Shown: positions 37,893 through 50,798 of the stretch, in pieces
Layout: each line of letters begins with the position of its first letter
Position numbering within the stretch: the first letter of the stretch is position 1
Origin: Pristiophorus japonicus
Taxonomy: Eukaryota
Length of the DNA: 64,000 nt
Assembly (NCBI RefSeq): GCF_044704955.1
Contig: NC_091991.1
Span: forward strand, 30,132,001 to 30,196,000
Direction of reading: 5' to 3'
Translations under genes and position numbers: made by a program
The notes under the pieces: model-generated
Told to the model about the DNA's origin: nothing
Database searches by the model: none
What the model saw: the letters and a program-made list of their open reading frames with translations, nothing else

Positions 37893-38177
37893 ACAACGCT
37901 GAAGTTATCGGGCAAACCTGGAGTCAGGGCCCTGCCTGCGAAGTGGAGTGAGACTCCCGGGAGAGGCTCATCTCTCACTGCTTTGGTTCAACATTCATGA
38001 AGTATAAATCCAGGACAGTGCCAACCCGGGTGTGAAAAATGCCTTTGGATCTCCTGGATACTTCTTACATCTACCTGCAATAAATGTCAAGGTTCAGAAA
38101 ATAGGGAGGTCTCGCCCCCACTGACGAAACATGGATCTGCTGGGGAGAGGAGTTGCCCTGAGAGTTGAGATCTGCTC

Positions 38178-38627
38178 TGCAATGTATGCACCTGTGGGGA
38201 TGCTCACAAGTTTCATCATCATCATAGGCAGACTTGTTTCCACTCTAAAAATGATTCCTTAGGTGACTGAACAGTCCAATACGAGAACCACAGTCCCTGG
38301 TACAGGTGGGATATATAGCCATTGAGGGAAAGGGTGGGACTGGTTTGCCGCACGCTCTTTCCGCTGCCTGCGCTTGATTTCTGCATGCTCTTGACTGTTG
38401 AGTTGTGAGTGGCTTAGCCTGTCATGTGATGTTCACAAGACTCAATAAAACCCCAGCCAGTTGGGTTTAGGTGATCCACTATAAGGCAGGTGGTTGAGAG
38501 CCTGGTGGATGAACTGGTAATTTGTAGTGTGATTGTTAAACCTTTTGCTAATAAAGCAACTAGTTCTTAATGGCAATGTGTTGCTATGAATTCTTAAGCA
38601 AAGAACCCATGAAGCAAATACATTACA
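38178..38627 (+). mobile_element. Solo LTR (copy 3) interrupted by an RTE 3' fragment (38214-38394, -)
   Basis: TGCAATGTAT...ATACATTACA; perfect TSD TGCTC (38173-38177 and 38628-38632); AATAAA signals lie on this strand. Confidence 0.88.
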
Positions 38628-40574
38628 TGCTCCTTTGTGCTTTTCTCTGTCTCTCCAGCAACGTAATTGAACCTCCAGCCAAGCCAGATAGTGTAAAGTG
38701 GGACGAACGCCCCCCCAGTCGCATTTACCGGTAGCCGCAGACTAAACGTGCCTACCCTGTGAAGTCTTGACAGTGGTCGTTCGTCATGACCTCAGAAGAC
38801 TCCAGCTTAAAGGCTGGCGACAGCACACCAGAGTTAAGTGACGGGCAAAGGGGAATGATAACGCGTTGGCGAAAAGGATCGCTACATTGCTTGCCTGTTC
38901 TGTCAAAAAGCATAACGCCTTAATGTGTCAGCTCAGACTCGAATTCCAAGCCATTTTTTTTCCCTCACACAATCAGAAAATGTGCAGACACTGGGAGAGC
39001 TTTGCTGCACACATTTTTCTGTACGTGGAATTAAACCAGAATTATCTATATGGGCCAAATGAACCCAATAATCCGTCCGGATAATGCCGTATGTACATTG
39101 GACCTGATCCCAAGCATACTTCGCGAGGCAAGCCACTATAGCATGAAGGTGATCTATAAACAGTCCTTAATCATCAATCGCCAATCAGTCACAGCAGCCA
39201 TGCCGACCTTTGGGGCTGGAACAGGCGGCGCGGCGAATGGGAAACATGTCAGTCACATATCCTGACTGGCGTGCAAATGAGGAATGTTTCAGCAAGAAAA
39301 TACTTTTGGAAAAATAACCAAATGATGCTGGGATGGTGCAGATGTGTGTTATTCAAATGGCACTACCGCGCAGAGAGTTGGCATTAGCCTGGTGTCTATT
39401 ACATTTTATTAGTAATTAAATAAATGACAATTGGTTCTAAAATTAAAAGGTTTCGTTGCATTTATATTGAAGGCGCAGGGGCGCTCTGTGAAATCATTTG
39501 GCACAGCGGGGTGTTTTTTTTTGCACAGACTCTTAACTCCTGTTCCGTTTAACAAAGGGCTGTGTTATCATTCTACAGACATTGTTCGTTCCAAAGTTGT
39601 CCAGTATGCGAGAGGGGGTAACGCCAGACAGAAGCTGAGTGGCCCTGGGAGGGGTCTGGCAGCAAAGAATGAGGGGGAGGGGGGAATACTGAAATGGACA
39701 TGATCGATTCCTGTCTGGTTGGATATAAATTACCAGGTGGGGTCCCGACGTGATATGCCGCCGAGCGGGGGTGAGGGTTTATCGAAAGGTGCCAGTGTCC
39801 CGTTTTAAAGCTCGGCTAGCTGGCTTTACGTGCTTGCTGCTTTAGAGTCTGGGCTGGTCGTTTAAAGTGGGACAGCGCAACATAACAGAAACTGGGATAC
39901 AATCGCGTTTTTCCTCCTGATGTGAATGGGCTGGCAGCAAAGAAAGCCTGCGACCTCCACCGCACATTTTGCTGTGGAATGAGATCGGCGCTAATACAAA
40001 AGAGGACACCGCACAATTTTCCAATATGGGCATTCACTCTTCGCCCGATCCGAACCCCTGACTCTACATGTTGGCTGCTCCCGTTTGAGGGAGACCGCCT
40101 CAAACATAAGAGTCTAAATTCTACTATACTTAAAAAAAATCACAATTCTTGACAACAACAAATTGAGCCAGTTACCGTGCAAGAAAGAAAGAGGGGGAAA
40201 GAACTCACGTATGTTTCTGTATTTTCTAGTGCTCCTATAGTCAAAAGCTGTTAACTAAATTTTGCAGAACTTCGTTCCTGTATAGGACGTTCAAATCATC
40301 GTGGTATTCGGTTCGATCACGCGTTACCTTAAAAGGGACCCAACTTTTCGGAGATTTCAAAATGCTTTCTGAAATGTTCGGTTGCAATCAATTTTCAACT
40401 TTCTCATCTTTGGGTCGCAGCCTGCCTATTTCAATGGTGTTGATGGTTATAATCTATGCCAAAATACAGTTTAACATGAAACAAACAGAACGCAACCAAT
40501 TTGCCCAGTGCATCGAGTGAACTGGCACCCCACACATCATTGTTATACACCATCGCATCACTGCCAGAGATTTC

Positions 40575-40955
40575 TTAACCTTGTTTTCAAACCTTCCATG
40601 CCCTCGCTCCTCTCTATCTCTGTAACCTCCTCCAGCCCCACAACCTTCTGAGATGTCCGCGCTCCAATAATTCTGGCCTCTTGAGCATCCCTGACTATAA
40701 TCGCACAACCATTGGTGGCCGTGCCTTCTGTTGCCTCTGGCCTAAGCTCTGGAACTCACTGCCTAAACTGCTCCACCTCTCTACCTCTCTTTCCTCCTTT
40801 AAGATGCTCCTTAAAACCTACCTCTTTGACCAAGCACCTGCCCTAATTTCTTCTAATGTGACTCAGTGTCACAATTTTTTTGATAACACTACTGTGAAGC
40901 ACCTTGGGAAGTTTTACTGCATTAAAGGCGCTATATTAATACAAGTTGTTGTTAC
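40575..40955 (+). mobile_element. L2 3' fragment
   Basis: GGRAFCCLWPKLWNSLP..FKMLLKTYLF; tail. Confidence 0.85.
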
Positions 40956-40961
40956 TTGTTT

Positions 40962-41303
40962 CAACAACAAGTTGTGTTTATATAGCGCCTTTAATGTAGT
41001 AAGAGTCCCAAGGCGCTTCACAGGAGTGTTATAAGACAAAAAAAAAATGCCACGGAGCCACATTAGAAGAAATTAGGGCAGGTGACCAAAAGCTTGGTCA
41101 CAGAGGTAGGTTTTAAAGAACATCTTAAAGGAGGAGAAAGCGGTAGAGACGCGGAGAGGTTTAGGCAGGGAGTTCCAGAGCTTGAGGCCTAAGCAACAGA
41201 AGGCACAGCCAGCAATGGTGGAGCGATTAGAATCAGGGATGCTCAAGAGGGCAGAATTAGAGGAGCGCGGATAGCTCGGTGGGTCGAAGGAGATTACAGA
41301 GAT
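40962..41303 (-). mobile_element. L2 3' fragment, tail-to-tail with the preceding copy
   Basis: AFCCLGLKLWNSLP..FKTYL. Confidence 0.85.
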
Positions 41304-42849
41304 AGCTTCTTCCATTAGTTCTAAAGTTAGTTGTAAATTGAATACAGAAGTTTACTTTTAAGCAACAATCTAATAGGATGGAGTCTCTCGGATTGGCTTC
41401 TCTTGGAGAAAACAATGGTACAAGTCTCTCCTCCCCGCCCCTCACCAATACAGTTCGGTTTCTTGCCTTCAATTCGATTTGAGCAATCTTGTTTTATACT
41501 TTGCTGGCAATTCTTTAGCTGGAATAACTCGCTTGCTTTTCAAGGTGTGTGGTTAGGCATACAGTTGACCGGCAGGAGACAACAACAAAAAAAACCTTGA
41601 ATGTGAATGTCGAAAATAATCTGGCTTGGCGGGACGAAAATAGATAAGCATTATCTCTCAGTCGATAGTCATTTGCCAGACACGCGGGGTTTGAGGTCCG
41701 GAGCTATCAGAACTTGCTCGCCAACTGTCTGCCTCTGAAAGACTCCCCGTCGCTGCAAACATGATACCCATGTGCCAAGTCATAACTCCCAACCCCCCAC
41801 CCCCATCAAAACAAAACAGAAAGAAAAGGGAGGGGGTAATGAGAAAGATAAGTTGGGGGGGAAATCCGAGATTTTCACATATAACAAAAAAAAATCCAAT
41901 TTGTCTTTTGCAAAGAGATGTGGAAAAAATATAACTGGGTGAGTGGGGGCAGAGTTGGGGTAAGGAAAAACAGAAAAAAGCTGGTTCAAGCAAAATAATT
42001 GTTTAAGAGACTGGAGAAAACGAGGTGGCGTAGCAGCAGACTGAGAAATAACAACTGGACAGCAATTTATAAAATAAATTAAAAAGGTCTGGGCGAGTCA
42101 GTGTTCTGTGAGAGACATATTTGCGAGGGTGCCCTGCTGGTACTGGGGTGCAGTAGATTGCAGGTGTGTCGAACTGTTTCAGGAATTGTTAAATCTGCCG
42201 AAAGCACAAAGAACCGAAGGTCCTTAGAAAAGGTCGGCGTGTGTGGGAGGCGCCCGTTAAATCCGAACATTTTGTCCATTGCTGTTTGACCCTTGCATTT
42301 CGAACGAGACCCAGAGTGAGATTGGAGACAACCCGGATACATCAAGGCGGGGAGCATTACAGGACTCTGGGGAAAGGATGGGAGTAATTGGATAGCTCGA
42401 CCAAAGAGCCAACATAGGCACGATGGGCCGCATGGCCTCCTTCTGTATTATAAGATTCTATGATTCTATGACATAAACAGCCAAATGAGAAGGGAGAAGA
42501 CTGGGTTGATAAGGAATGACCTAGAATGGGGATGGGTACACGCCGGTTGTGTGGTAACGAGCAACACGGTTGTTAGCAAAGGTTCATCTTTTTGGGGCTC
42601 GCTGCTTCCTTTTTCCAAATATCTGCATCTTATTGGCACTTCTTGCACTCACATATGCACAAGGACCCCTGAGCTTTAGCTGTTTATTGATACTGAATGA
42701 GTGCAGCATTCTACTTCACTCTCTATCAGAAAGCTGGAGTCCGAGGATCTCATTCACAACTGGTCATTCTGCTGCCGGAATTCTAATACAGGAAGACCAC
42801 GGCGCGATGGTGGACTACCTGGTACAGACTTGTATCGCTCGGACACTCT

Positions 42850-43760
42850 CAGACACACACATGGCTTCACACACACACGCACTCGCACACTCACACAGCC
42901 TTACACACTCGCACACACTCACACAGCCTTACACACTCACACAGCCTTATACACTCGCACACACACACAGCCTTACACACACACTCACACAGCCTTACAT
43001 ACACACACTCTCGCTCACACACACAGCCTTACACACTCACACAGCCTCATACACACATGGTCTCACACACACGCTCGCACTCACACGCAGCCTTACACAC
43101 TCATACACACTCACACAGCCTCACACACACATGGTCTCTCACACACACACACACACTCGCGCGCACACACACACAGCCTTCCACACTCATACATACACAC
43201 ACGCAGCCTCACACTCACACACGCTCTCATACACACAGCCTTGCACAATCTCATGTTAGACCTGGCCTCACATGCTCCCACACATAATCTCACACACACA
43301 CACTCCTAAATACACACACACATACATACAGTCATACACACAGTCTCTCACACATATACACAACCACACATACTCATGATCATAAACACTCGCACACAAC
43401 TACGCACATTGCTACAGATATCCATATACATGAACACACAGACACATAAAAGCTCCCACACACAGCTAGAGCCTCAGATACTCATAACTGCACACAGCCA
43501 CACTCATACACACACAACCCCGTACACACACTCCTGCACACACTCATACACGCACACTCATACATACACAACCACAAAAGGACTCTTGCACTTTCGCATA
43601 CTCTTACGCAAACACACCTTTCACGGACGCACACTTGTGCACTTTCGCACACTCACAAAACTCGCTCCCATGCAATTTCACGTGCACACTCATTCACACT
43701 TTCCCACACGTGTGCACTCACAGTCATCCTACACGAACGCACTCGCACAAATGAAAGCCC
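42850..43760. repeat. (CA)-rich low-complexity tract containing a CACACAGCCTTACACACT-type minisatellite
   Basis: Recurrent ACAGCCTTA unit at about 42890-43240 within CA repeats. Confidence 0.9.
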
Positions 43761-44172
43761 ACACGGGACGCTGCCTGCCGGCTGTGCAGAACCAGTTAAC
43801 CACAATGATCCCAGTAATCCGAGAGAGAGAGAGAGAAAGAAGATACATCTTGTTGGAGATGGGAAACGCAACAAAACACATCCCAGGATTTTTTAAAAAA
43901 GCAATGCCAAACGATGACAATCTTCACACTGTCACGTTGCAATTCCTCTTAAAACTTCATTTGATGTCGATTTCAATCCTGTGTTTTTTGATCGGTTTCA
44001 CTGATCCAAGCAGTTATCCCAATGCGATCCCAATGCCTTAAAATGTTTTCCGATTTGCTAACTATGGTTACGTTGCAGGCACCTGTCGTGACGGCTGGGT
44101 GAAGTGTATTGTTAAAAAAAACATGGCATAACAATCCTCTTAATGCAACATCGTTTCACTTATATCACCTAC

Positions 44173-44900
44173 CTGCAGCCCCTCCTTGCTGGAGAGATAC
44201 CTTTCCTCCACCTTCACGTTAAGGGACACCAAGTCTGAGTTTCATTCTGGAAAGAAGGGAGGGAAAAAAAACCCTTCTCCGGAGTAAAGTGTTTCCAAAC
44301 GCCCCAATCTAACGCTGTCTTCTTCGTCTCAATCCTCTCTTTCTCTTTCTAATTCTCTCTCTCTCTCTCTCTGCCTCTGTAGTCAGCTCTGAGCAACACA
44401 CACACACACACACACACAAAAAGGACAAGTCTGGTCGCCCCCTCCCAACAACTAAATCTTACTGAGATCGCAGCAGTCACGGTGGAGGGGGTCTTAGCGC
44501 CAGCAGCGAATGGCAAAACGCTTTCTTACACCAGTTACCTATTTCATTCCATCTCTGGTCTGCTCGCTCTCCTCCTGTAGTTTTCCCCCCCGCTCTCTCT
44601 CTCTCTCTCTTGGGAAAGCCGATTGGACAGATCGATTTACCTCCAGGACATCTGTATCCATGTAGATCTCCAACAAACAATTTTTTTTTAGAGACAGTCT
44701 TCCAGAAATATCATGTCCTCTTTCCCGCCACACCTCCCCTTTTCCAGTTGTCCAGCCAGAGCGAGGTGGAAGAGCTTTTGCCAAGTGTGGCACGGTGACT
44801 CCAATATCCTCTCCCGTGTGTGTGTGTGTGTGTGTATAGGCTAGTCAGTAAATGTAGCTGATCGGGCTGCTTGTCAGATCTCTCTGTTCGTTATCTAGAG
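44173..44900 (-). promoter_or_regulatory. Candidate promoter and 5' exons of a minus-strand gene
   Basis: CpG-containing unique DNA with GA/CA microsatellites; donors GAG|GTAAAT (44641) and TAG|GTAACT (44539); 74-nt segment 44246-44173 bounded by CCCTTCTTTCCAG and CAG|GTAGGT. Confidence 0.3.
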
Positions 44901-45979
44901 CACTCCAATTAATAGGTGAGATATTTCTGTTACACTGGGGACTTCATGGGTGTCACTCGCCCCTCCACCCCCGCCCCAAGCTGTCAAGGATGGAATGGGG
45001 GCGGGGGGGGGGGGTGAGGGGGTAGGAAGGATTCAGCTCTCACTCAAAACATGGACTGAATCGTAAATCTGTGAAACAAAACACATCCTGCACAAACTAT
45101 GCCACAACCAGGGGACCACAACCCAGTAGTCAGACGGTAAAGACACCTGTAAGTTGCATTGGCTGTGATAAATACCCTTGAGATATTAGTCCATTGTTGG
45201 AAACCAGAGGCTTTTCAATAAGGGGGTGTTTCCTGATTTTATTTTCTGGATTTCTCAAATTGATCATAAATAATAATCTGATCAAATTCCATAAGTATAT
45301 ATATATATATAAATCCAAACCTTGCTTCGGGCACTCCGATCTTCTGAAACACCGTCACAAAACAAGAATGATGCTGAAGAATGCCATTAAAATGATTTTA
45401 TCACCGTTGAATATTTTCTGCAGTGTTAACATCGACATGTCAAGGTTAGAAGGTGGGTGAAAGGGGTTTCAACTTGATTTTTTTAAGGACTAGTTGATGT
45501 TAAAACCTAAGTCTCTGTCTCCCTCAAGAGTATGTGTGAGGTTTTACAGCGCGGTTTCTCTTTTTATTTCCAAATGGGCGCCGATGGAAGGACTGCAATC
45601 CAGTTAGTTCCCACTCTTGTTCTTGGAGATCCTCCTTTCTCCCGGCGGTGCTCACTCCCCACCTCTTATCTCAGAAATAACAAACAAAACGTGCCAGAAA
45701 AATCACCAAGTTTAATTGATCCATAGGATCTGGTAGCTGCTTGTGATAATTTATTATTTCAGAAACACTAAACCTGGTCTTATTATTCAAGTATTCCTGG
45801 GTACCTGTTGAGCACGAGGAATGTCACATGTTTTCCAAATTGCTCCCCACAGCTGAGGAGATTCATGAAGCCCTCCGATTTCTGTATTTGTTGACACACA
45901 TAGGTTGTTTGTGTACATGTATTTTATTTACATATTTCATTACTACCTATATTATAAAATGCATGTCATACTTAAAGCA

Positions 45980-46120
45980 TCATAAGAACATAAGAGATAC
46001 GAGCAGAAGTAGGCCCTACGACCCCTCGAGCCTGCTCCCCCATTCAGTAAGATCATGGCTGATCATTGACCTCAATCACTTTCCCGTCCGATCTCCATAT
46101 TCCTTGATTCCCCTAGACTC
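45980..46120 (-). mobile_element. CR1 3' tail
   Basis: CATAAGAACATAAGAG...CCCTAGACTCC. Confidence 0.8.
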
Positions 46121-46908
46121 CAGTCTCTGCTGTGCGATGATGTCACACACACACACACAGTCTTAGGTCATATTAACAATATATTCCACCTCAATTAAAT
46201 TCCTTCTACCTGAGTAGTTCACATGTAAAAAAGAAAATTTTATTCAGATTCAGTTTTAAAATCCTTTCCATTCCATTGGCCGAAATAAAAATGTGTTAAT
46301 TCTGATTTGAATTTATTGATAGTGTTTGGCTGCAATTCAAGCATTTGCAAATTGCTGAGTGAGAAAAAAGTGAGCATTGTACATAATATTTTTTTAAAGG
46401 ATTTAATGCGTCATTTGTTTTACTGCTACCAGCTTATTTAGTGTAGGCTAAAAATTAGGTTTCTAACCAAATTAAAACATTCGAAGTAGTACATTTTCAA
46501 ATGGCATAATTAAACTTAGTTTTTGTGCCTTTGTGTAAATCAGTAACTCCATTAATGTTTCTTTATTTGCCTTAGTATGTTTTGAAAGAAAGACTTGCAT
46601 TTATATAGCGCCTTTCACAGACATCAGATGTCTCAAAGCACTTTACTGCCAATGAAGTACTTTTGGCATCTAATCATAGAAACATAGAAACATAGAAAAT
46701 AGGTGCAGGAGTAGGCCATTCGGCCCTTCGAGCCTGCACCGCCATTCAATAAGATCATGGCTGATCATTCACGTCATGTTTGTAATTACAGCCAAGGGGG
46801 CAAGTGATTGGCTGGTGATTGGTGAGTAGTTTTTCTTTTTCTTTTCTTTATCAGTAAGTAACCTTTAACATTATTGTTGCCAAATTAAGTTAATCTAGGG
46901 GTTAAGTC

Positions 46909-47839
46909 ATGGCAGGAGAGCTTGGACACATGTTGTGCTCCTCCTGTACTATGTGGGAAGTCAGGAAAGTTTCCAGTGTCCCTGACGACGACATATGCGG
47001 GAAGTGTATCCAGCTGCAGCTCCTGACAGACCGCATTGTGGCACTGGAGCTGTGGGTAGATTCACTCTGGAGCATCCACGATGCTGAGAATGACGTGAAT
47101 AGTACGTTTAGTGAGTTGGTCTTACCGCAAGTAAAGGTTACACAGCCAGATAGGGGATGGGTGACCAACAGGAAGATCAGTGGAAGGAAGGTAGTGCAGG
47201 GGTCCCCTGTGGTCATCCCCCTGCAAAACAGATACACCGCCTTGGGTACTGTTGAGGGGGATGACACATCAGGGGAGGGCAGCAGCAGCCAAGTCCATAA
47301 CACCAGGAGGGCAGGAAAAAGAGTGGGAGAGCTATAGTGATATGGGGTTTCTATTGTAAGGGGAATAGATAGATGTTTCTGCGGCCACAACCGAAACTCC
47401 AGGATGGTATGTTGCCTCTCTGGTGCAAGGGGCAAGGATGTCTCAGAGCTGATGCAGGATATTTTGAAGGGGGAGGGTAAACTGCCAGTTGCCGTGGTGC
47501 AAATAGGTACCAATGATATAGGTAAAAAAACAGGATGAGGTCCTACAAGACAAATTTAGGGAGCTAGGAGCTAAATTAAAAAGTAGAACCTTAAAAGTAG
47601 TAATCTCAGGATTGCTACCAGTGCCACGTGCTAGTCAGAGTAGGAATTGTAGGATAGCTCAGATGAATATGTGGCTTGAGGAATGGTGCACAAGGGAAGG
47701 ATTCAAATTCCTGGGATATTGGAACCGGTTCTGGGGGAGGTGGGACCAGTACAAACCAGACAGTCTGCACCTGGGCAGGACTGGAACCAATGTCGTAGGG
47801 GGAGTGTTTGCTAGTGCTGTTGGGGAGGGGTTAAACTAA
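46909..47839 (+). pseudogene. CR1 ORF1 (N-terminal CxxC-CxxC zinc finger plus SGNH esterase-like domain), frameshifted
   Basis: CSSC..CGKC, IPLQNRYTAL, degenerate GDS block, GTNDIG, KPDSLHL. Confidence 0.85.
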
Positions 47840-48009
47840 TATGGCAGGGGGATGGGAACCGATGCAGGGAGACAAAGGGAAGTAGAATGGGGGCAGAAGC
47901 AAAAGATAGAAAGAAGAAAATTAACAGTGGAGGGCAGAGAAACCCAAGGCAAAAAGCAAAAAGGGCCACTGTACAGCAAAATCCTAAAGGGGCAAAGGGT
48001 GTAAAAAAG

Positions 48010-50798
48010 ATCTGTGCCTCAATGCAAGGAGTGTTCGGAATAAGGTGGACAAATTAACTGCGCAGATAGCAGTTAAGGGATATGATGTAATTAGCATCAT
48101 GGAGACATGGCTCCAGGGTGACCAAGGCTGGGAACTCAACATCCAGGGGTATTCAACATTTAGGAAGGATAGACAGAAAGGAAAAGGAGGCGGGGTGGCG
48201 TTGCTGGTTAAAGAGCAAATTAATGCAATAGTAAGGAAGGACATTAGCTTGGATGATGTGGATCTGTATGGGTAGAGCTAGGGAATACCAAAGGGCAGAA
48301 AAAGCTAGTGGGAGTTATGTACAGACAACCAAACAGTAGTAATGAGGATGGGGACAGCATTAAACAAGAAATTAGGGATGCGTGCAATAAAGGTACAGCA
48401 GTTATCATGAGCGACATTAATCTACATATTGACTGGGCTAACCAAACTGGCAGCAATGTGGTGGAGGAGGATTTCCTGGAGTGTATTTGGGATGGTTTTC
48501 CAAAACATTATGTCGAGGAACCAACTAGAGGGCTAGCTATCCTAGACTGGGTGATGTGTAATGAGAAAGAACTAATTAACAATCTTGTTGTGCGAGGCCC
48601 TTTGGGGAAGAGTGACCATAATATGGTAGAATTCTTTATTAAGATGAAGAATGACACAGTTAATTCAGAGACTAGGGTCCTGAACTTAGGGAAAGGAAAC
48701 TTTGACGGTATGAGACATGAATTGGCTAGAATAGACTGGCAAGTGATACTTAAAGGGTTGATGGTGGATAGGCAATGGCAAACATTTAAAGATCACATGG
48801 ATGAACTTCAACAATTGTACATCCCTGTCTGGAGTAAAAAATAAAATGGGTAAGGTGGCTCAACCGTGGCTAACTAAGGGAAATTAAGGATAGTGTTAAA
48901 TCCAAGGAAGAGGCATATAAATTGTCCAGAAAAAGGAGCAAATCTGAGGACTGGGGGAATTTTGTAATACAGCAGAGGAGGACAAAGGTTTTAATTAGGA
49001 GGGGGAAATAGAGTATGAGAGGAAGCTTGCTGGGAACATAAAAACTGACTGCAAAAGCTTCCATAGATATGTGAAGAGAAAAAGATTAGTGAAAACAAAT
49101 GTAGGTCCCTTGCAGTCAGATTCAGGTGAATTTATAATGGGGATCAAAGAAATGGCGGACCAGTTAAACAAATACTTTGGTTCTATTTTCACAAATAACC
49201 TTCTGGAAATACTAGGGGACTGAGGGTCTAGTGAGAAGGAGGAGTTGAAGGATATCCTTATAAAGTGGGAAATTGTGTTAGGAAAATTGATGAGATTGAA
49301 GGCCGATAAATCCCCGGGGTCTGATAGTCTGCATCCCAAAGTACTTAAGGAAGTGGCCACAGAAATAGTGGATGCATTGGTGATCATTTTCCAACAATCT
49401 ATCGAATCTGGATCAGTTCCTATGGACTGGAGGGTAACTAATGTAACACCACTTTTTAAAAAAGGAGGGAGAGAGAAAACAGGTAATTATAGACCGGTTA
49501 GCCTCACATCAGTAGTGGGGAAAATGTTGGAATCAATTATTAAAGATGAAATAGCAGCGCATTTGGAAAGCAGTGACAGGATCGGTCCAAGTCAGCATCG
49601 ATTTATGAAAGGGAAATCATGCTTGACAAATCTTCTGGAATTTTTTGAGGATGTAACTAGTAGAGTGGACAAGCGAGAACTAGTAGATGTGGTATATTTT
49701 GACTTTCAAAAGGCTTTTGACAAGGTCCCACACAAGAGATTGGTGTGCAAAATCAAAACACATGGTATTGGGGGTAATGTACTGATGTGGATAGAGAACT
49801 GGTTGGCAGCCAGGAAGCAGAGAGTCGGGATAAACGGGTCCTTTTCAGAATGGCAGGCAGTGACTAGTGGAATGCCGCAGGGCTCAGTGCTGGGACCCCA
49901 GCCCTTTACAATATACATTAATGATTTAGATGAAGGAATTGAGTGTGATATCTCCAAGTTTTCAGATGACACTAAACTGGGTGGCGGTGTGAGCTGTGAG
50001 GAGGTCGCTAAAAGGCTGCAGGGTGACTTGGACAGGTTAGGTGAGTGGGCAAACAAGTGGCAGATGCAGTATAATGTGAATAAATGTGAGGTTATCCACT
50101 TTGGGGGTAAAAACACGAAGGCAGAATATTATCTGAATGGCGGCAGATTAGGAAAAGGGGAGATGCAATGAGACCTGGGTGTCATGGTTCATCAGTCATT
50201 GAAAGTTAGCATGCAGGTACAGCAGGCGGTGAAAAAGGCAAATGGTATGTTGACCTTCATAGCTAGGGGATTTGAGTATAGGAGCAGGGAGGTCTTACTG
50301 CAGTTGTACAGGGCCTTGGTGAGGCCTCACCTGGAATACTGTGTTCAGTTTTGGTCTTCTAATCTGAGGTAGGATGTTCTTGCTATTGAGAGAGTGCAGC
50401 GAAGGTTCACCAGACTGATTCCGGGGATGGCGGGACTGACATATAAGGCGAGACTGGATCAACTGGGCCTTTATACACTGGAGTTTAGAAGGATGAGAGG
50501 GGATCTCATAGAAACTTATAAGATTATGACGGGACTGGACAGGTTAGATGCGGGAAGAATATTCCCGATGATGGGGAAGTCCAGAACCAGGGGACACAGT
50601 CTTAGGATAAAGGATAGGCCATTTAGGACTGAGATAAGGAGAAACTTCTTCACTCAGAGAGTTGTTAACCTGTGGAATTCCCTACCGCAGAGAGTTGTTG
50701 ATGCCAGTTCATTGGATATATTCAAGAGGGAGTTAGATATGGCCCTTACGGCTAAAGGGATCAAGGGGTATGGAGAGAAAGCAGGAAAGGGGCACTGA
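48010..50798 (+). pseudogene. CR1 ORF2 (APE endonuclease plus reverse transcriptase), with stops and frameshifts
   Basis: CLNARS, METWL, SDHNMV; NYRPVSLTS, DFQKAFD, PQGSVLGP, FSDDTKL. Confidence 0.93.

Noticed and set aside
42570-44041. Long His/Thr-rich ORFs (229, 202 and 221 aa)
   Set aside because: Artefacts of stop-poor (CA)-rich low-complexity DNA
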